Made by a program: the position numbers and the translations under genes
Part shown: piece by piece, positions 52,771-63,586 of the stretch
How positions within the stretch are numbered: the stretch's first letter is position 1
Layout: the number at the start of each line of letters is the position of its first letter
Notes under the pieces: model-generated
Databases searched by the model: none
What the model was told of the DNA's origin: nothing
Seen by the model: only the letters and a program-made list of their open reading frames with translations
Origin: a virus
Taxonomy: Duplodnaviria; Caudoviricetes
IMG/VR virus record: IMGVR_UViG_3300028833_000074
Location: 64,001-128,000 of that record
Direction: 5' to 3' (one strand)
DNA: 64,000 nucleotides

Positions 52771-53286
52771 CTAAAATCCATATTTTTGCATTTCTGCATC
52801 AAGTGTTCGCCATCCAACACCATTCATACTTTTTGCCACAACATCAATGGGTTCATCAAGCAATAATATTTTATGTACTGCAAGACGCTTAATGCGTTTT
52901 TTCAATATCATATTTTTCTTGTTTTCTTCTGCGACCATTGTCATAAAAAAAGTAAGCCAAAGCAATAATGTGTCTTCTGCATATTTTTGAGCAACTTTTC
53001 TGCAGACATCCACACATTGCCTTTTTGCTTCCAAATCCCAATTTTCAGTTACAACATCATACACCAAACAAAAAGAATCATACACATATTGCGAACCATA
53101 TTGCTGTTTTAAATAGTATAATTCTTGAAAATAATCAATATCTGTTGGTCTTTTCGCATTGCCATTGGTGTCTTCAATATAAACACACCATTCATCAAAA
53201 CTACCAACATCAAAATATATCTTATATCCATTGGACAATTCAAATCCCCTATTATAGTTCACCACTTGTGTAAATTTTCTTATCAT
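52771..53286 (-). CDS. Hypothetical protein
   Basis: Likely start MIRKF at 53286; 'FDVGSFDEWCVY', 'MVAEENK', 'KRIKRLAVH'. Confidence 0.6.
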   Translation of the reverse strand: MIRKFTQVVNYNRGFELSNGYKIYFDVGSFDEWCVYIEDTNGNAKRPTDIDYFQELYYLKQQYGSQYVYDSFCLVYDVVTENWDLEAKRQCVDVCRKVAQKYAEDTLLLWLTFFMTMVAEENKKNMILKKRIKRLAVHKILLLDEPIDVVAKSMNGVGWRTLDAEMQKYGF

Positions 53287-53360
53287 TTTTACATCAATCC
53301 ATATATTATGAAAGACAGTAATAATACTAATATTACAATAAGTATGATAATTCCAAAAGT

Positions 53361-53392
53361 AAAGATTTTCTCTAAATTTTGCGAATCTGATT
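53361..53392. repeat. Dispersed 32-bp repeat copy (inside ORF 53289-53576)
   Basis: aaagattttctctaaattttgcgaatctgatt. Confidence 0.85.
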
Positions 53393-53992
53393 TGGGGTCG
53401 GCTTGAAGCCATTGCAAAATCACGAATGCTTGAGAATAATTTAGTCCATAGGCAGTATTGCCATTTTCATCGGAGATGTTGTAGTATGGTTCGTTCGTAA
53501 TTTTATCAACAGATTCTTCCAATGTATATTTACTCATCCAATTCACCATATTTGGCTTTGTACAGATGCAAGACATAACTTCTGCAGAAATATAATATCA
53601 AAAAGCCAGTTGATAAAAAGATTTCCCCTATAAGATAAGTGCTTATTCTATGTGAAAAAATGGTCTGCAAAAAAATCAATACCGAAAGCACTACACAAAA
53701 TACTCCTACGATTTCGCAAACATTTGCTATCATCATCTTATTCATTTATATCACCATTATAATTTATGTAAAATTTTATTTTTTATCATATATAAATATT
53801 GTTATTTTTACTACTTTTATTAAAAATAGTCATTACATATATATGTCCTACCATTTTTTTGGCATTTTCGCACAAAAGTATGAAAAAAAGCAAAAAAGGA
53901 GCAAGGAAATCGCTTCTTTTGAAGTTGAATATCGTTTCTTTGGGCTTCTTTTTGATTTCCTTAAACCGATTTTTTGGGCAGTCAGATATATT

Positions 53993-56203
53993 TTACTGAC
54001 CACCTAATTTTTGGATGGCTTCGACACTTTTTGGTTTTATGCCTACAAAAATGACTTCACCATTTCTTGTCTTTGTGTGATATTCAGATGGGAGATTCAA
54101 GGCTTCTTTGACTTCCTTGATGAAAGTTTGGCTATTTCCTAACTTGATTGTTGGCTCAAGCATTTTATCAAGCAAGTAATTATGAATGAAAGTATGCATT
54201 TCAGTATATGTTACTGATTCTTCTTGGTCTATTTTACCTTTATCATCATATACTGGAGCGAAATGCTCTTTAACGAAATATCGCTCTGGATATGTGCATT
54301 TCTCTATCCTATTTTTCTTTTCTTGGGCAGAAATAGATGGAATAGGGATAGATTTCTTATCAAGTTCCAGTTCGATATAGGTTCTTGTTGCTTGTTGGAC
54401 TAACCATTGCTTACATTCATCGGTTATTAGGTCTTGCCAACGATATCCCAAGTCCTTTATTGATTTCTTTGGTATTATGACAAGTACTCGCCTAAAAACG
54501 CCCTCTCCAGCAAATTTATCGTACATATTTCGTGGAAATTGGTTACCTATAAACCAACATCTTGGTACAGTTTCTGATGGAATATTAATGGTATTTTTAT
54601 TTTTCTTTTCTACTGCAAGGTTACTTCCAGTACTGATTGTTTTCAATATCTCTGCAAAATCGTTTTTCGCCCCTTGTATCTCATCTATGATGATGCAATC
54701 ATTTTCACCGAACATAGATAAACCGAATTTTTCATCTGAAAGTTTGGTGACTATTTGGGATTCCCATTGATAAAATATTTCGCAGATAGCCTTAATGAAT
54801 GTTGTTTTTCCAGTTTCACCTTTAGAGAGCAAGAATATGGATTCTTGTCTTTGTGTATACCCTTTATCATACAAGCAACAACCCAAGTAAGCAAGTAGGG
54901 CTTCTCTATCTTGTTTTGTAAAGCATTCGTTGAAGATATGCTCCATTGCTCCACCATCAATATCTTCATCAAGATATAATTCAGTCTTTGTGTTTCTCAA
55001 TGGTAACAAAGGCACATTATAGTTTAATTTCTCTATCTTCTGCTCTTCGATGTTGTAAAAGCAGTTATTGAACCCTACAAGGTTTTGATTTTTGTACTGT
55101 TTCCCTTGTATCCAGTTAGGTATTTTCTCAAAAATATCGGTAGCAGAGATAAGTATGCCATCCTTATATTGAGTGCTATTGGCAGTTTCCTTGATAAAGG
55201 TTGTGTTATTTTGTATTTGTTTAACTATATCCCTATCGTGCTTAAAAGGTACAAATCTGCCTTCCCCATTGTTAAAATAATATTCATTTGTGGTCGGCTC
55301 TTCGCACAATCCTATTTGCTTTTCCAATTCCTTGCACAATGCAGAAAGCATATCATTAGGAGAGAAAGAAGAAACTACAATATTACCTTGATATGTCCAA
55401 ATATTCTTCAAATTAGATAATAAGAAATACAATCTTTTAAATTCATTAATGGTTTGATAATATAATGAGTTTTTCACCTTTTCCATATTCCTTGTTGGTG
55501 GAATCCTTGTTCGTGGAATCTTTTTCCATTCCTTGATGTTTGCTATATCATCTTCAAGTTTTGCTATATTCTTTTCCAATGTGCTTACTGTAGTAATGTT
55601 ATATAGGTCAATCACCTTATTATCTACATACTTTTCCCAATCATCGCCATATTCTTCTTTCTTTTCTTCGACAGATAGGAGCAAATCAATGTTTGCCTTT
55701 TCGTTATCAATTGCATTTTGCTTTAATTTGATTTGTTCATTTAACATATTGGTTATGGTAGATTTGATAAATGTACGATTCGGATATTTCTGAACCAATT
55801 CGTAAAAATGGTCGAAAACGATATTATCAACATTCGGACACCCATTAATGCTCTGAATACTATATTGCTCATTGAAATCTTTAGCCATTCTTTGCCATAA
55901 TGCCTTTTTATCATCGGAAATCTTCGGTATCTTGGTGTGTTGCATATCTCTCAATTGCATTTTTTCATACTTTTTATTCGCTTTTTTTAAGGCTTCATTC
56001 TCTTCCCTTAACTTTTTATTCCTTGCAGTAATGCTTTTATTGTTTTTTCTATATTGCTCCAAGATTGATGGAGAGCCACCCCTAACTTGTTGCAAAAGTT
56101 TAGCATTCTGCTTCTTTAGGGCTTCATAGTTCGCCTTATCATACTCTTCTTGTAATTCATTATATAAATCTTCATCTATTTGATTGAAGTCTTCTTCTCC
56201 CAT
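53993..56203 (-). CDS. SF3 (D5/P4-type) helicase with coiled-coil N-terminus
   Basis: 'VGFNNC' D5_N-like segment, Walker A 'KGETGKTT', Walker B 'IIIDE', motif C 'FIGN', arginine finger 'FRR'. Confidence 0.85.
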   Translation of the reverse strand: MGEEDFNQIDEDLYNELQEEYDKANYEALKKQNAKLLQQVRGGSPSILEQYRKNNKSITARNKKLREENEALKKANKKYEKMQLRDMQHTKIPKISDDKKALWQRMAKDFNEQYSIQSINGCPNVDNIVFDHFYELVQKYPNRTFIKSTITNMLNEQIKLKQNAIDNEKANIDLLLSVEEKKEEYGDDWEKYVDNKVIDLYNITTVSTLEKNIAKLEDDIANIKEWKKIPRTRIPPTRNMEKVKNSLYYQTINEFKRLYFLLSNLKNIWTYQGNIVVSSFSPNDMLSALCKELEKQIGLCEEPTTNEYYFNNGEGRFVPFKHDRDIVKQIQNNTTFIKETANSTQYKDGILISATDIFEKIPNWIQGKQYKNQNLVGFNNCFYNIEEQKIEKLNYNVPLLPLRNTKTELYLDEDIDGGAMEHIFNECFTKQDREALLAYLGCCLYDKGYTQRQESIFLLSKGETGKTTFIKAICEIFYQWESQIVTKLSDEKFGLSMFGENDCIIIDEIQGAKNDFAEILKTISTGSNLAVEKKNKNTINIPSETVPRCWFIGNQFPRNMYDKFAGEGVFRRVLVIIPKKSIKDLGYRWQDLITDECKQWLVQQATRTYIELELDKKSIPIPSISAQEKKNRIEKCTYPERYFVKEHFAPVYDDKGKIDQEESVTYTEMHTFIHNYLLDKMLEPTIKLGNSQTFIKEVKEALNLPSEYHTKTRNGEVIFVGIKPKSVEAIQKLGGQ

Positions 56204-56245
56204 ATCATCACCTTTTAAATCATTTATTGTCTTGAAATTTTTCAG

Positions 56246-56359
56246 ACACTTTTTTGTCTTTCTACTCCCTTACTTTATATATATATTTTTATTAAATACC
56301 TACTATTTATTTTTTTTTATTTTTTTATAATATTAAGGGGTAGAAAAGTGAAAAAGTGT
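56246..56359. other. Candidate replication origin: imperfect inverted repeat around an AT-rich core
   Basis: acactttttt...tttctactccctta / taaggggtagaaa...aaaaagtgt flank ~60 bp of almost pure A/T, upstream of the helicase. Confidence 0.4.
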
Positions 56360-57372
56360 TGGTAATATATATCTTGTATATAATATTTAAGCCTTACTAT
56401 GTTCGTAAAAGCACGAACGAAAGCAAGAAAGAAAAAAAATTAGATTGTGGACATTATTCTGATTACATCGGTTTCATCGATGGTGCTTGTGTCATCATAA
56501 TGCCATACATTTTCATCATTATATGTTTCAAATTTGCTATAAATCATTTCTTCAAAAACTTCAGTAATTTCGGCTATCAAATCAATAATAGTAAAATTAT
56601 CTAATCTATTTAAACTATCAAGCCATTTTACAATATCTTGTACTGCATAATTCCATTCAGTAGGATAAATGTAAATTAATTCTATAAGGGAGATTTTTGC
56701 ATCTCCCTTTTTATACATTAGACTCATCTTTATCACCTTTATCCTTATTCATCATAAATAAATTCATTTTCAACACTTTGTAATATCAAGGTTGCACAGA
56801 TTTCTGCACTAACTTTATTCAAATCATCTATTGTCTTTTTTAATTGCTTATTTTCTTCTCTCCCATCCTTAAATTTATTTTTCCAGTAATCTCTCTCTTG
56901 TTTTAATTGCTTATTCTCTTCTTTAAGTTTATCCACTTCAACGAAGTAATTAAGCAATTCTTCATCTATATTAATATTTACATTTGTAAATTTACTCATC
57001 ATTATCACCTTTAGAGTATAGTATGACAGTTCCCTTTCGTGCATCTTGAAAGATTACTGGCTTAAAACTATCCAATTCTTTCTTTAACTGCTCATTTTCC
57101 TTATTCAATCGCTTCACATCTGCTTCCAAATCTGCAGAATACTCCACAAAAGATTTTATCACACACATAATTTGCTCATTTGAAAGTTTAATTCGCTCTC
57201 CAATCACAATATCACCTTTAGAACAATCCCCTTTCAGATATCAGAGCCATTATCATCACCTAAAAAAACCAATGACCCATCAATCTCCACTAACTCAACA
57301 CATAAATCTTGGTCAACCATTTGATAGGGGTATCTTTCGGCATCTTCCTTATCAAAGAACAATGCTTTAATC

Positions 57373-57738
57373 TCATTCTGTTTGGTTATTGCGTACATCT
57401 TCGGCATCGATATCATCCCCTAATGTATTCTTTAAATCAAGTTTCATCAACTTACAATCGCTTTCTATCGCTTCCAAGTGTTTTACAAGCCTTTCTCTTT
57501 CTGCCCTTAACTTATCCTTATCCATATATGGAGCGATGCATTCCTTGAGCATTGAGTAATCCAATACTGTATATGGATACTTATCCAGTTCTGCACAAAC
57601 TTCCTTAAGAATGCAAGAAAGAAAGACATTCATTTCCACTTTCACTCTTTCTGATATCATCTTGTTTTCGCCGATGTTCTCTTTCATTAGTCTGACAACT
57701 TCGTTTTTCGCAAATAACATTTTATCTGTCATTATCAC
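57373..57738 (-). CDS. Second, divergent histone-fold protein with C-terminal coiled coil
   Basis: 'LFAKNEVVRLMKENI...MISERVK....FL..IL..V......YTVLDY' follows the NF-YB/HMf helix pattern. Confidence 0.6.
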   Translation of the reverse strand: MIMTDKMLFAKNEVVRLMKENIGENKMISERVKVEMNVFLSCILKEVCAELDKYPYTVLDYSMLKECIAPYMDKDKLRAERERLVKHLEAIESDCKLMKLDLKNTLGDDIDAEDVRNNQTE

Positions 57739-59344
57739 TCACTCTCCTTATATATCTAATTGTTCTTCTGCCACTTCTAATTTTTCTTCAAAATCTGTTT
57801 TTAAGTTCTCTTGTATTTTATCAATTTCAACACCAATATATTTCATATTAATAAGTGATGGCTTGATATGAAATTTGATAATCAAATCTTTATCACTCAA
57901 ATCATCTAATATCTGAAAGCCATTGATTTTTTCCATTTGTTTTTTCCAGTATTCCAACTCCATTTTGATTTTTGGTTTTTGATATTCGTATAAAGGTTCG
58001 CAACTTTTTCTTAAGGCAGTCAAGTAAGCAATTAGGATTTCTCTTTTATTCAGAATCATCCACATCACTTCCTACCTTATTGAAAGGATTTCCTTTGAAG
58101 ATAATACGATTAAGTTTATTGAGCAAGGTTTCTTCCATCCAATAAATTTCTTCTGCGATATTATCTTCTTCCAATTTGTGATAATCTAATTCAATATCCC
58201 ATCTTTCGCATAATGCGATAAGCCATTGGTCATATTCATCATTCTTTGCAAGATTATACCAGTATAAAGGCTCTATATCACCATCATTGAGATATTTGAA
58301 GTCATTGTAAGCGATATATTCATATTTCGCTATATTTTCCCTTAAATGAATATAGTCATATAGGGCTTCTTCTTTATCGTATGCAAGAAAGAAAGCACAA
58401 TCGCTTGGATTTGTGCAGACATTATCATTTACATATTCACATTCGCATATTGTTCCATTTTGATATTCACACATTTTATTGACCCTCTTTGACAAAATCA
58501 TCTTTTTTATTACAGAATACTATGTTTTTGAAAGCATAGAATTCTCCATTTTCTTCATCTTTAAAATATATTGGTTCTGAATATTTACAGTTTTTACATT
58601 CTTTGCACATTATATTACCCCCTATTTGCTATCCAATACATAAGCGACATCGCCTACTACATTAGTTAAATGCTTTATTGCATTTTCAAGTGATTCTAAT
58701 TTTTCATTCATTTCTGCTAATTCTTTTTGTAGAATTACATTTTGTTCATATAACTGATTTGCTATTCTTGATACCATTTTATATATCCCCAAAAAATTTA
58801 TTATTCAACATAAATCTATTTCCAACATAAAATCATTCAACAATCTAAAAACTTCAGAATCAACATCAAAACAAGCATCTTGATTTTTTGATGCAATTAG
58901 AAGTTCTGCACACATTTCTCTATAATTTTTTGCTTGATTCTTTATTCCTAATTTTTCAAAAAGAATCATATTCAAATCAAAGAATGAAAGAACCACTTCT
59001 GCATCTTCTAATCCTATTTTATGCAGATGATAGGTACTATCATAATCTTTTTGAATTTTCTGTTTTACACTTATCATAATATCACCATTTTAATATTTTT
59101 TCAATTTCTCTTAATTCACCACTATCGGCAAATAATTCAATATAATTTTTAATACATTCGCTTTTAATATAATTCATATTTGTTTCTTTCATATCTATGA
59201 ACCAATCATATAATTCCCAATCAAAAAACCCCAATAACATTATTGCATCGATTTGTTGCTTATTTGCTTGATTTACTTCACAAACCAATTGTGGAATCGG
59301 ATAACAATATGATTCAATATTTTCTGACTTAATTTGCAAGGATA

Positions 59345-59659
59345 TCACCACCTTGTGATATCCATCGCATCATTAGGGCAAATATGGTTGCAGAGATAAC
59401 CTTTAATTTCAATGGCATTCTTATTTTCTGCATCTTTTCCAAGAATAGCAGTAAGTTTGCCATTTTCATCTCTCAAGATTCTTGCTCCACAATGGTGGCA
59501 AGAGCAACCATATGATTCGCCATTAAACCATACTTTCCCATTTGGACTAATGGTTAAAAATCCTAAAAAGCCATCATCCTTGTTAACAAAAGAACAAGCC
59601 CTTACACAAGTGTAGCATTGCTTACACTTATTTGAATTAATGCTCCATACTGTATCCAT
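59345..59659 (-). CDS. 4Fe-4S dicluster ferredoxin-like protein
   Basis: CKQCYTCVRAC...CHHC...CNHICPNDAM. Confidence 0.8.
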   Translation of the reverse strand: MDTVWSINSNKCKQCYTCVRACSFVNKDDGFLGFLTISPNGKVWFNGESYGCSCHHCGARILRDENGKLTAILGKDAENKNAIEIKGYLCNHICPNDAMDITRW

Positions 59660-60277
59660 TATATCACCTACGAAAAATTATTGCAGATGGTTTAATAGCA
59701 CCATCTGTATTTGTTCTTGGTATTCTGAAGAAGTTCAGAGAAAAATTCTCCATTTTCTAAATCTTTGTCAATCGCTTCTTTTAATTTAGGAGCGATGACT
59801 TCAATGGCATTTGCCATTATATCTAATTTCTGTTCCATATCACATTTGTCTTTAAAGACAGATTGATATTCATCGTGCCAGTAGTGGTTAATGTCAGAAA
59901 TTCTATCCATCTCTTCTTCTTGCTTACCTATTTGTTTTTTTAGGTTAGCAATTTCCTTATGAAGTTTAATGATTTCTTCATTTTTTTGATGAAGTTTATC
60001 ATTTAACTCCTTAATTTCTGCACCAGTTTCTCTGATATATTGTAAATATGTTTCACTCATATTTTATCTCCTTTAATTAAATCTCTCATTTCATCTTCAA
60101 GGTCAAGAATTCTATCGATGATTTTATCTCTAATATTATCATCACATTTTATTCTTAATGTTGATAATTGAGATTCGAGTTCGTATAAACTTGAAATTTC
60201 CTTACAATAGTCATATAATGTTTTTTCATTAGCCATAATATTTCTCCTATCATTGCATACATATAGTATCTTTTTCA

Positions 60278-60294
60278 TCATATATAAATGTTTC
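60278..60294 (-). promoter_or_regulatory. Archaeal BRE/TATA promoter
   Basis: The - strand GAAACATTTATATATGA is identical to 35362-35378. Confidence 0.6.
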
Positions 60295-60824
60295 TATTCT
60301 TGATATAAAAAATCAATACAAAACATTTGTTCTTCATTTTCTTCTTTATCATATAATTTTATATGATGAGAAAGGAAAGGATATTTTTCAGTAATAATTT
60401 CAATCAATTGATATGCTCCCATTAATGCCCTTGATGTGTTATTAAACATATCCATAAATTCGCAAGACATACCATTGAGTTGAAGTGATGAACAAGTCAT
60501 ATTGACCCCTACTGGACAGTAAAAGTTTGCAAGGTCGAAGATTTCATTATCAAGTGTTAAATTTGAAAACTCAATCATCCAAACTTGTTGCCCATCATCA
60601 TTAATTTCATATGGGCTATATTTAACTGTAAGCAAGGGAAGATGGGTGATAACAAATTGAGATAATTGATTTAAGCCAGTTTCTGCATATATCATATTAT
60701 CATCTTCTTCTATAATATCAAAAAAGACTGCATCCCCACTATCTCCTTGATTAACGATAGTTAGGTTGACTGGGCAATAATTACTTACTAATCTTTTGAC
60801 TTCATTATTAATCTTAATGCTCAT
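60294..60824 (-). CDS. Hypothetical protein with an internal duplication
   Basis: Two repeats of 'YCPV....A..G..QL...IT...P.L'. Confidence 0.55.
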   Translation of the reverse strand: MSIKINNEVKRLVSNYCPVNLTIVNQGDSGDAVFFDIIEEDDNMIYAETGLNQLSQFVITHLPLLTVKYSPYEINDDGQQVWMIEFSNLTLDNEIFDLANFYCPVGVNMTCSSLQLNGMSCEFMDMFNNTSRALMGAYQLIEIITEKYPFLSHHIKLYDKEENEEQMFCIDFLYQE

Positions 60825-61316
60825 CGGATTCCCCCTTGGTTATAACTGTAGTTTTGTAATATTTTTTTGTGACTGGGTCAAAAACCACATTTGCTTTCTC
60901 TTCTTCTTCGTATAATTCTTTTCCCCATTTGGTTAATTCACCATTATTTCTGATGACTCTATCATATTCAAGGTATTCAGAGCCATCTTTTTTAATTTCA
61001 ATTTTTTTACAATCTCTAATCATTTATATCATCTCATCCACTAACATATGTTGAATTTTCATTGTACTCTTAATGTTTTCAATTTCTTCTTTAAGTTTTT
61101 GTATGTCTTTAATATCTGATTCCACAGTTGTTTCAAGGGATTCAATTCTTGCTTTAATTTCACTATCATCATTATTATTGATGTATTGATTCATCTCCTT
61201 AAGTGTGCCTTTTTTTAATGCTCTCATATCTTCCTTTAAATCTTTAACTTCATCATTTAAATCTTCAAGAGTATTTGTAATACTCTGAAGAATATCTACA
61301 AGTGCTTGTTCATCCA

Positions 61317-61604
61317 TTATTCCACTTCCATACATTTTTGTAGTTTATCATTCAATGTAGCGAACATTAATTTCGCTTCTTTGATATGTCTGCAGTATCC
61401 TTTGCGATAATGATAATATTCGCAAGTACATCTCCAAGATTCGCCATCGAAGATTGTAGTGTGATAGCCATCCCTTGATGATTTAATTCTGAATTTGATT
61501 TCCCCATTATCCATATAAATGTCTTGGGATTGTTTTTCACTTTTTTCAACCAACAATTCCTTTAATGATTTATTTATGTCATTTATTCTTGCTTGTGTGG
61601 TCAT
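61317..61604 (-). CDS. SWIM zinc-finger protein
   Basis: 'WRCTCEYYHYRKGYCRHI'. Confidence 0.8.
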   Translation of the reverse strand: MTTQARINDINKSLKELLVEKSEKQSQDIYMDNGEIKFRIKSSRDGYHTTIFDGESWRCTCEYYHYRKGYCRHIKEAKLMFATLNDKLQKCMEVE

Positions 61605-62311
61605 TTAATTCCCCCTATAATTTTGTGCTTAATATCCAAGCCTTTTGTAGTTTGCCTTGATATAAGGCATCTGCTATTTGTTCAACAATCTGTTTTTCAC
61701 CACTTTTTTGTAAGCGATGAAACATACACATATATTTGGTCATTACAGTATTATAATTGTTTTCAAAATTAATCAAAGCCCAATTACAATTACTTTCATC
61801 ACCAAAGCAATGATGATAATTATCATCAATTTCCTTTAATCTAACATTTTTTTTCTTCGCTTCTTGGAACATTTCGTATCACCATTCCATATATATAGTA
61901 TGTCCTTAATGGTATATAAATGTTTGTGTTGTTTGTATAAAATAGAATGAAAAATATGATTGATTTAGAAATCATATTCTTCATCCATATAGAGAATCGC
62001 TTCTTCTTCACAATGAATTTGTGGTACAAATTTACCAAAAGCATATAGTAAGTCATCTGAAGAAAATGGTTCTATTGCATCTTTAAAATCTTTAATGACA
62101 GTTAAATATATAACTGCATCTGTTTCATCCATATAATCGCAAAATGGCACTAAAATGCTTAATTGAATTGGCTTATAAGTACCATAAATAATTTGCATAC
62201 CTATTCTTCTGATACAAGCAAGAAATTCTACTTGTTTTTTGTTGTTTAAACTATAAAAGTCGCTTTCCATATATATCACCTTGTTTATTTTTTATAGAAA
62301 AAATGGGGTTT

Positions 62312-63586
62312 TTAGACATTCCAACACCAAGAAAGAGCGATGTGTTGCCTTTTAGCCCAATTTTTTATGAATTTAAGTTCTTCATCAGTCGGTTTACTAT
62401 CTTCTTTCCCATATGCTTGGAGCAATACACCCTTTTTAACTTCTATGGTTACCAAAGGAGTATCCAAGTCTTTAGTTTCTCTCAAAAAGAGAATGCAAGT
62501 TTTACCATCACACATTGGTTGAATATAAGACCTAACACAATGTTTAAGTGTATCGGCTTCTACTTCAATCTCTGTTGAATGTTTTGGTACAACAATAGAA
62601 TATTTTTGTGTTTGATATTCATAATGTTGATTCTTTGCAGACATTCTTGCGAAACTTATTTCATTGATACTCTGTTTCATAATTGCAAAATCTTTTTTAG
62701 TAATCAGAAATTGTGTAGCGAAAAATTTTGGATATTTTTCCACTTTTACTGATTTCCCTTTTTTTAGAGAATATTGCATATTCAGATAGTCATAATAATG
62801 TCTGCCATTAAAGAGATATTCAATATCAATACTTTCCACTCTTTTCATTCTATCTAAAAACCTAATAAAAGCCTTAATATCTAAATTAAAATCTTCTATA
62901 GTTTCTAATATAGAATCTCTAATGGAAGATGGATGTTCATTATTGAATGCATATTCTAAACAGTTTTCAATTCTTTGATAAGCAGAATAACTAACTCTTT
63001 TACATCCAAATAAATCTGAAAATTGAGGCATATGGCTATATTCAAGCAATTCGTGATATATTTTTAATTGCTTTACATTATAACTATGCATTACATACTG
63101 AAATTCTTTCATACTTAATTGCATATTGTATTTTTTAATTATCTTTAACATTTGCTTGTCAAATTCTGATGGTTCAAAATCGAATAGAAAATGATGATAT
63201 GTATAAATTTCGCCATCATTTCTTTCCATCACTTCCAAATGCTCATCAACATCCTTAAAATGCATATCAATCGCATCCCATTTCTCAAATGTTAAAGTAG
63301 GCTCAAATGTAGCAAAATGCTCAATGTATCTGACTGGAGATTTATATCTCCTTAATAGTTTATGTGATTTGTTAAACCAAAATAATCTTGCAAATTTATG
63401 CTCTTTTGTAACTAAAGTGCAATCTGTAAACCATTTTGTGATATTCGCTACTTTTACTGGAGTTACTTTAACTCCAGTTGTTTTATAGTGATTAATTCGT
63501 TCAAAATTGCCATTTTTAAGATTGTATCTATATTGTTTAGGGTCATTTTCTTTTTCAAGATAAATGAATTCCTTATCTTTTGTCAT
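62312..63586 (-). CDS. PcfJ-like domain protein
   Basis: 'YYDYL.M', 'P.....I..EA..LKHCVRSY', 'ILFLR', 'P.VTIEV', 'Q.YG'. Confidence 0.85.
   Translation of the reverse strand: MTKDKEFIYLEKENDPKQYRYNLKNGNFERINHYKTTGVKVTPVKVANITKWFTDCTLVTKEHKFARLFWFNKSHKLLRRYKSPVRYIEHFATFEPTLTFEKWDAIDMHFKDVDEHLEVMERNDGEIYTYHHFLFDFEPSEFDKQMLKIIKKYNMQLSMKEFQYVMHSYNVKQLKIYHELLEYSHMPQFSDLFGCKRVSYSAYQRIENCLEYAFNNEHPSSIRDSILETIEDFNLDIKAFIRFLDRMKRVESIDIEYLFNGRHYYDYLNMQYSLKKGKSVKVEKYPKFFATQFLITKKDFAIMKQSINEISFARMSAKNQHYEYQTQKYSIVVPKHSTEIEVEADTLKHCVRSYIQPMCDGKTCILFLRETKDLDTPLVTIEVKKGVLLQAYGKEDSKPTDEELKFIKNWAKRQHIALSWCWNV

Noticed and set aside
43122-53392. 32-bp repeats as a CRISPR array
   Set aside because: Copies are hundreds to thousands of bases apart and separated by whole genes.
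53289-53412. N-terminal extension of ORF 52771-53412
   Set aside because: It overlaps the upstream ORF and the 32-bp repeat; ATG 53286 is the more plausible start.
451-62578. Many short ORFs nested in or antisense to long genes (e.g. 451-642, 6592-6867, 10893-11288, 36423-36770, 55085-55420)
   Set aside because: Shadow frames of well-supported genes, with no RBS or recognisable motifs.
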